NCBI GenBank assembly: GCA_016840085.1
Contig: JAEOTA010000054.1
Coordinates: 64,001 to 128,000 of the forward strand
DNA from: Promethearchaeota archaeon
GTDB taxonomy: Archaea > Asgardarchaeota > Lokiarchaeia > Sigyniarchaeales > SOKP01
Reading direction: 5' to 3'
Length of the DNA: 64,000 nucleotides
Under the pieces are notes generated by a model. That model did no database searches and had not been told where the DNA came from. It was given only the letters and a program-made list of their open reading frames with translations. Positions within the stretch are counted from its first letter, which is position 1. Each line of letters starts with the position of its first letter. Shown in pieces: positions 58,387 to 64,000 of this stretch. The translations under genes and the position numbers were made by a program.

Positions 58387-60834
58387 ATGAAAAAAAAAAT
58401 TAAATTATTTTTAATTCCCTTAGTCTTTTTTCTAATCATTTTAGTAGCATTAGGAGGAAATATTCGTCACCCATTTGGACTGCAACCTAAAATTGCAGCT
58501 CCTGGCGATGTATGGTTTGGTACTGTGACTGATAAGGAGGTAGGAGATATTTTTGAAACGGATATCTATGTTGACACCGGAAATCAAAAAATTGCTGCAT
58601 ATGGAATTGATATCACCTACAATCAGAATGTAATAGTAGTTGAAACTTCGATTGGCACTTCAGGGGTTGAAGCAGGTGCTGACGGATTTGTTACAGCAGT
58701 AGATGCGAATACTCCGGGGGTGATTACCATACTGGGATTTGATGTGGTGGGTACAGGACCAGGTTCTCAATTGCATCTTCTTAGAATCTGGTGGGAAGCA
58801 ATAGCATTAGGTACAAGTCCTTTAGATATCAGTATTGATGCTCTAGTTGATGAAAATAATATAGATATAGGTACACCAACAGGTATAGATGGAAGCGTAG
58901 AAGTAGTTGAGGATGTGACAATTGGCAATGTATGGTTTGGTACTGTGACTGATAAGGAGGTAGGAAATATTTTTGAAACGGCTCTCTATGTTGACACTGG
59001 CATTCAATTATTAGCCTGGTATTCAATTTATATCGCCTACAATCAGAATGTAATAATAGTTGATACCTCGGTAGGTAATAATGGAGTTGAGGTAGGTGCT
59101 GATGGATTTGTTACAGATGTAAATGTAGATACTCCAGGGGTGATTGAAATATGGGGAATTGATCCCGTGGGTAGAGGACCAGGTTCTCAATTGCATCTTC
59201 TTAATATCACGTGGATAGCAGTAGCAGTAGGTACTAGCCCTTTAGATATCATTATTGATACTCTAGTTGATATTTACGGTTATGTAATAGGTACACCAAC
59301 AGATATAGATGGAAGCGTAGTAGTAGTTGAGGATGTGACAATTGGCGATGTATGGATAGGTTCTGTTCCAACTAAGGATGTAGGAGCTATTTTTGAAACA
59401 CAAATCTACGTTAACACAGGAAGTCAAAAAATAGCTGCTTATGGAATTGATATTGCCTACAATCAGAATGTAATAGTAGTTGATACTTCTGTAGGAAATA
59501 ATGGGGTTGAAGCAGGTGCTGATGGATTTGTTTCAGCAGTAGATGTCAATACTCCTGGAGTAATTATTATAAGTGGATTTGATCTGGCGGGTACAGGACC
59601 AGGTTCTCAACTGCATCTTCTTAATATCACGTGGATAGCAGTAGCCGTAGGTACTAGTTTTTTAGATATCACTGTTGATGCTCTATTGGACCCAGATACT
59701 AATGTAATAGGCACACCAACAGGTATAGATGGAAGCGTGGTAGTTGAAGATTTGACAATTGGCGATGTATGGGTAGGTTCTGTGCCAACTAAGGATGTAG
59801 GAGATATTTTTGAAACGCAAATCTATGTTGACACAGGAACACAAGAAATAGCCACATATGGAATTGATATCGGTTACAATCAGAATGTAATAGTAGTTGA
59901 TACTTCTGTAGGAAATAATGGGATTGAAGCAGGTGCTGATGGATTTGTATCAACTGTAGATGTCAATACTCCTGGGATGATTAGTATAAGTGGATTTGAT
60001 GCGACGCGTACAGGACCAGGTTCTCAATTGCATCTTCTTAATATCACGTGGATAGCAGTAGCGGTAGGTACTAGTCCTTTAGATATCACTGTTGATGCTC
60101 TAATGGATCCAGATACTAATGTAATAGGCAACCCAACAGGTATAGACGGAAGTATATATATAACAGAACATATTGCTCCTCTGATAACAATTAATGTTCC
60201 TTCTAACAACACATATCATAGTAAACCACCTACAATTCAAGTAATTATATATGATTTAAGCGAAATAAATACAACCTGGTACACCGTCCCTGGATGCGGT
60301 GAAAGTAAAACTTTTAGTGGCAGTTCTATCGATTTTGATGTTAATCTGTGGAATGATCAAGAAGAAGGTTTAGTTTTAATCAGGATATTTGCTAACGATT
60401 CAATAGGAAATCTAGGTCAAACCGATTTAATAATAATAAAAGATGCTTTTAAACCATCCATTAGAGTCACTTCTCCATTAGATGGAGATGTATTTGGAGA
60501 AGATGCTCCTGAATTTAATATAACTGTTTCAGATTTACATCTTGATATCCTCTATTATACAATTAATGATTCAGCCATCAAATATTTTGTCTCTTTTACA
60601 TCCGGAACAAATCTTATTGCCATTAACGAGTCAGTATGGGACGCACTTCCAGAAGGTCAGGTATTAATCAGATTCTTCATAAATGATACCGCAGGTAACA
60701 TAAATGACGTTGGTGTGGTCTTAAAGAAACAAATTCCTTCAAGAGCTCCAGCCATCCCCGGATATAATATATTTATATTTCTATTTATTGGAACAACAGC
60801 TATAATAATATTATTTTTTCGAAAAAGGAAATAA
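58387..60834 (+). CDS. Cell-surface protein: signal peptide, 4 cohesin-like repeats, 2 Ig-like domains, IPGY-TM-basic (Loki-CTERM-like) anchor
   Basis: MKKKIK plus hydrophobic leader; four ~140-aa beta-rich repeats; P.I.I..P..AND..GN and IND.AGN Ig-like units; PAIPGY-TM-RKRK C-terminus. Confidence 0.85.
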   Translation: MKKKIKLFLIPLVFFLIILVALGGNIRHPFGLQPKIAAPGDVWFGTVTDKEVGDIFETDIYVDTGNQKIAAYGIDITYNQNVIVVETSIGTSGVEAGADGFVTAVDANTPGVITILGFDVVGTGPGSQLHLLRIWWEAIALGTSPLDISIDALVDENNIDIGTPTGIDGSVEVVEDVTIGNVWFGTVTDKEVGNIFETALYVDTGIQLLAWYSIYIAYNQNVIIVDTSVGNNGVEVGADGFVTDVNVDTPGVIEIWGIDPVGRGPGSQLHLLNITWIAVAVGTSPLDIIIDTLVDIYGYVIGTPTDIDGSVVVVEDVTIGDVWIGSVPTKDVGAIFETQIYVNTGSQKIAAYGIDIAYNQNVIVVDTSVGNNGVEAGADGFVSAVDVNTPGVIIISGFDLAGTGPGSQLHLLNITWIAVAVGTSFLDITVDALLDPDTNVIGTPTGIDGSVVVEDLTIGDVWVGSVPTKDVGDIFETQIYVDTGTQEIATYGIDIGYNQNVIVVDTSVGNNGIEAGADGFVSTVDVNTPGMISISGFDATRTGPGSQLHLLNITWIAVAVGTSPLDITVDALMDPDTNVIGNPTGIDGSIYITEHIAPLITINVPSNNTYHSKPPTIQVIIYDLSEINTTWYTVPGCGESKTFSGSSIDFDVNLWNDQEEGLVLIRIFANDSIGNLGQTDLIIIKDAFKPSIRVTSPLDGDVFGEDAPEFNITVSDLHLDILYYTINDSAIKYFVSFTSGTNLIAINESVWDALPEGQVLIRFFINDTAGNINDVGVVLKKQIPSRAPAIPGYNIFIFLFIGTTAIIILFFRKRK
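58504..60162 (+). repeat. Four tandem intragenic repeats, period 420/420/417 nt
   Basis: Units start at 58504, 58924, 59344 and 59761 (ggc-(g/a)atgtatgg..), with near-identical blocks such as ggaccaggttctcaa(t/c)tgcatcttctta. Confidence 0.95.
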
Positions 60835-61053
60835 CATAAGAATTAAAAAATTCTTTTCAAATTTAGAGTTCTGGAATACTATTATTTTGTGTGGGCCTAG
60901 GTATATCCCCTGACAAAATATATAAATCCAAATTTAAGAAAAGAGATGCTTCTTAATAAAAAAACTTCCTTTAAAGTGCAAGTAGTTTTTATATATTAGT
61001 ACCAAATTTTTTATGAGTATCCTTATAATTAAAAGCGTGTAAGAAGATAAGAA

Positions 61054-61353
61054 ATGATGGAAAAAACGACAAAAACGGAAATACCTAGCCCTTTAGATGA
61101 TGAAAAGATTAATTTGATATGTAATAAAGAAAAAGTAGCTAATAAAATTGAAAGTTTATGGAGTAATAGATCCGCTCATGAACGAAATAATAAATTTGGA
61201 ACTAAACGATTAATAATCAAGCTAGAGACTTCAGGCATAGAGAAAAAAAGGATTTCATTAAAATTGGAAAGTACTAATTCGGATGTGAATTCTAATAATT
61301 ATCATCTTCTTTCTGAACTTTTAAAAGAATTTTTTAAAGTTAATCAAGACTAA
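61054..61353 (+). CDS. Hypothetical protein (99 aa)
   Basis: Clean ORF in an intergenic gap, followed by a T-rich tract. Confidence 0.55.
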   Translation: MMEKTTKTEIPSPLDDEKINLICNKEKVANKIESLWSNRSAHERNNKFGTKRLIIKLETSGIEKKRISLKLESTNSDVNSNNYHLLSELLKEFFKVNQD

Positions 61354-61473
61354 TAAAAAATTTATTTTTTTCTGATATTATCATAATTCATAGGTAAGTC
61401 CTATAAGAGAAAAATATATTATTTTAAGACTCTTATTTTTTCATTAATCTAAATATAAAATTAATATAATCTG

Positions 61474-62547
61474 ATGAGTTATAAAATGAATTTTGATGAC
61501 ATTAAAAATTTACTTGGATCTGAAGCTGATAGTCTTTTAAATCACACTTGCACAGGAATTCCAAATAAGATGATACATATTCCAGGACCAGATTTCATTG
61601 AAAGAGTTATGGAGCATAGCGATCGGAATAATTTAGTTCTAAACAACATGAATAGATTATTTAATCAACGAGGTCGATTAGCAGGAACGGGTTACCTTTC
61701 AGTATTGCCTGTAGATCAAGGCATTGAACATACAGCATCCGCTAGTTTTGCTGTAAACCCGTTATATTTTGATCCTGAAAATATTGTCAAATTAGCTATT
61801 GATGGAGGGTGTAATGCATTTGTGTCTACATTAGGAGTGTTAGGCTCTATTTCACGGAGATATGCGAGAAAAATACCATTTATTGTAAAAATAAATCATA
61901 ATGAATTATTAACTAAACCAGCTCTTTCAGACCAAACTTTGTTTGCGAATGTAGACCAAGCATGGTTAATGGGTGCTGCGGGGGTAGGCGCAACTATATA
62001 TTTTGGGTCTAAAGAATCTAGACGGCAGATTCAAGAAATAAGTGAATCTTTTAGATATGCTCACGAGTTAGGACTAGTTTGCGTTCTTTGGTGTTATTTA
62101 AGAAATAAAGAAGAATTTATCAAAGAAGGAAAGGACTATCATACAGCTTGTGATCTAGAAAGTCAAGCAAACCACCTTGGAGTAACTATTGAGGCGGATA
62201 TAATTAAACAAAAAATTGCCACTTTAAATAGAGGATTTCTTGATTTAAACTTTGGTAAGACGGATAAATTAGTTTATGACAAATTGGCACCAGATAATGC
62301 AATTGATTGGAATAGATATCAAGTTGCAAACTGTTATATGGGAAGAATAGGACTTATTAATTCTGGAGGGGAGTCTGGCGGGAATGACCTGCAGGATGCG
62401 GTCAAAGCAGCAGTTATTAATAAGCGTTCAGGCGGAACGGGTTTAATTTTAGGAAGAAAGGCATTTAAAAAACCTACTCTCAAAGGAATTGAAATTTTAA
62501 ATGCTGTCCAAGATGTTTATTTATGTAAGGAAATTACGATTGCATGA
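61474..62547 (+). CDS. fbaB: Class I fructose-bisphosphate aldolase (DhnA/FbaB type)
   Basis: [48 protein letters not shown] (Schiff-base Lys), GLINSGG, GRKAF. Confidence 0.93.
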   Translation: MSYKMNFDDIKNLLGSEADSLLNHTCTGIPNKMIHIPGPDFIERVMEHSDRNNLVLNNMNRLFNQRGRLAGTGYLSVLPVDQGIEHTASASFAVNPLYFDPENIVKLAIDGGCNAFVSTLGVLGSISRRYARKIPFIVKINHNELLTKPALSDQTLFANVDQAWLMGAAGVGATIYFGSKESRRQIQEISESFRYAHELGLVCVLWCYLRNKEEFIKEGKDYHTACDLESQANHLGVTIEADIIKQKIATLNRGFLDLNFGKTDKLVYDKLAPDNAIDWNRYQVANCYMGRIGLINSGGESGGNDLQDAVKAAVINKRSGGTGLILGRKAFKKPTLKGIEILNAVQDVYLCKEITIA

Positions 62548-62653
62548 ATAAATTTTATTATCTTTTTTTTCTTTTTTTTATCACAAGTAAATTATATTTA
62601 AAAATATTAAATTCATTATTCAACTAAACAAATAATTATCTCTAACATTTATT

Positions 62654-63217
62654 ATGGGAAAAGATAAAAAATTAAGACCGGATCCTAATCTTAATCCTTA
62701 TAGAGTAAAACAAGGAACTCCCCCTCCAACAAAAGGTTTTATTGATTTTAATACTCAAAGAGTATGTCCTAGCTGCGGTAAAGCAATCAAGATGTCCTAT
62801 AATTTCTGTAAATATTGTGGAGTCGATTTGAGCGCAATAGAACCTATTGGTATGGATGAAATCTCAAAACAGTTGGCAATTACAGCAGTAACCGATCCTA
62901 GTCCTGAAGTTAGAAAAGAAGCTGTTGATACATTAGGAGATTTTGGAGATAATAGAGTATTAGGTGTGTTAACATATGTTATGCTAAATGATCCTGATGA
63001 AAATGTTAGAATGGAAGCTACTGATGAATTAGGTGATCTTCATCACCCGTATAGTATGGATGCCTTAGCTAAAGCCTTAAAAGATGAAAGTCCACTTGTA
63101 AGAAAAGAAGCTATCGAGGGATTAAAAAAGATTAAAAAAAAGACCAAACCCAAAGAAGAAATCAAGGGTAAACCTGAAGAAAGGGGAGAAGAAAAAGAAA
63201 ATAAGACTGAATTCTAA
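62654..63217 (+). CDS. Zn-ribbon plus HEAT-repeat protein
   Basis: CPSCG..FCKYCG, then three D....VR.EA...L HEAT/PBS-lyase repeats. Confidence 0.85.
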   Translation: MGKDKKLRPDPNLNPYRVKQGTPPPTKGFIDFNTQRVCPSCGKAIKMSYNFCKYCGVDLSAIEPIGMDEISKQLAITAVTDPSPEVRKEAVDTLGDFGDNRVLGVLTYVMLNDPDENVRMEATDELGDLHHPYSMDALAKALKDESPLVRKEAIEGLKKIKKKTKPKEEIKGKPEERGEEKENKTEF

Positions 63218-63263
63218 ATTTCATATAATTTTTTATTTTAGGAAATAATTATTTCCTAGATTT

Positions 63264-64000
63264 CTAGTCTTCTTTACTAGGAATCTTAGGTAATTGTCTT
63301 CTATTTGTACTTTTAGGTTTTGTCTCTCTTCTTTCAGGCTTTTTTTCTTCTGTCTTCATTGAAGCAGGCTTGGGTGGCATTGGTGTCATTGAAGGCTTCT
63401 TTTTTGGAGCTGGTTTCGATGTTGCTGGTTTTTTCTTAGGAGCTGGTTTTATTGTTGGTGTTTTTTCCTTTTCTAATACTTCTAAAGCCTCAACGATTCC
63501 ATTTTTCTCATCAAAATATACTCTTAGAATGTGATTATCTAATTCCATTATGTTTTTTGGAACTTTTTTAACGGATTCCCATTCAGTCTCTTCTATATCT
63601 TCTCCAAAGACTTTAGCACTTTTAGAGATAGCCGCAAAAAGTGTATGACCTAAAATTAAATTTAATCGCTTTAAATTTTCAGGAACCTCTGTTTTTAGAA
63701 TTTTTTCTTTGATTTTTTCTTGCCGTTCCTCTGATAAGCCTACTGAGGACATAGCCATCTGAAGTTTTTGATATTGTGTTCTAGCCTTCGGAGTAAGTCC
63801 ACCTGTAGTAAAAGATGACATTACCACTTTTTCACCTGTATCTTGTAGTGCGGGGGAGAAATATTCCTCTTTACTTTGTTTTTGATCTCTTGCAATGATG
63901 GTAGATTTCGACACTACTCCTCTATCACGGTCAATATTACGTACATATCTCATATCTTCGAGCCTCTCAGTTACTTCCATCGAATCTAGTTGAAATGCAT
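63264..64000 (-). CDS. 3' part of a hypothetical protein with a Pro/Lys-rich disordered tail (gene begins beyond the window)
   Basis: Frame is open past 63980 to the edge (..AFQLDS-MEVT..); KPAPKKKP occurs twice; ends RRQLPKIPSKED. Confidence 0.75.
   Translation of the reverse strand, partial: AFQLDSMEVTERLEDMRYVRNIDRDRGVVSKSTIIARDQKQSKEEYFSPALQDTGEKVVMSSFTTGGLTPKARTQYQKLQMAMSSVGLSEERQEKIKEKILKTEVPENLKRLNLILGHTLFAAISKSAKVFGEDIEETEWESVKKVPKNIMELDNHILRVYFDEKNGIVEALEVLEKEKTPTIKPAPKKKPATSKPAPKKKPSMTPMPPKPASMKTEEKKPERRETKPKSTNRRQLPKIPSKED

Noticed and set aside
58504-60162. Near-identical long repeats considered as a DGR template/variable pair or a CRISPR-like array
   Set aside because: They are in-frame coding domains, differences are not confined to adenines, there are no spacers, and no reverse transcriptase or cas gene is present.
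788-60212. Many 60-110-aa ORF-track entries antisense to or nested in long genes (e.g. 788-1012, 2491-2679, 25398-25691, 29939-30262, 56611-56928)
   Set aside because: These are shadow ORFs of well-supported genes, with no motifs or independent translation signals.

Overview
This is an AT-rich, gene-dense archaeal chromosome segment, most likely from an Asgard archaeon of the Lokiarchaeia type. That call is inferred from a PAN ATPase, three Rpn11/CSN5-like JAMM proteins, roadblock and longin-like proteins, Rab-like and MglA-like small GTPases, an IPGY+TM+basic (Loki-CTERM-like) surface anchor, HdrA-MvhD/HdrBC and GGTGA/GGAGG Shine-Dalgarno (SD) sites. I found no rRNA, tRNA, CRISPR array or transposase. 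The main candidates for undescribed biology are: (1) a cluster of three catalytically intact JAMM/MPN+ proteins with long helical tails around a Zn-ribbon protein gene (19.3-24.3 kb), possibly a heteromeric isopeptidase complex; (2) a membrane-anchored protein with four tandem cohesin-like modules, i.e. scaffoldin-like (58.4-60.8 kb); (3) three genes that seem to start at ATA, ATC or ATT at the same spacing from an SD; (4) a ~155-nt candidate structured RNA with its own TATA box and U-rich end (48.0-48.2 kb); (5) a longin / stand-alone 7TM / MglA-like GTPase trio; (6) a Cys/His module fused to CopA and repeated as a free microprotein. I also found a frameshifted nitroreductase and several small ORFs missing from the ORF track. 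All family assignments come from reading motifs by eye; no database searches were run.
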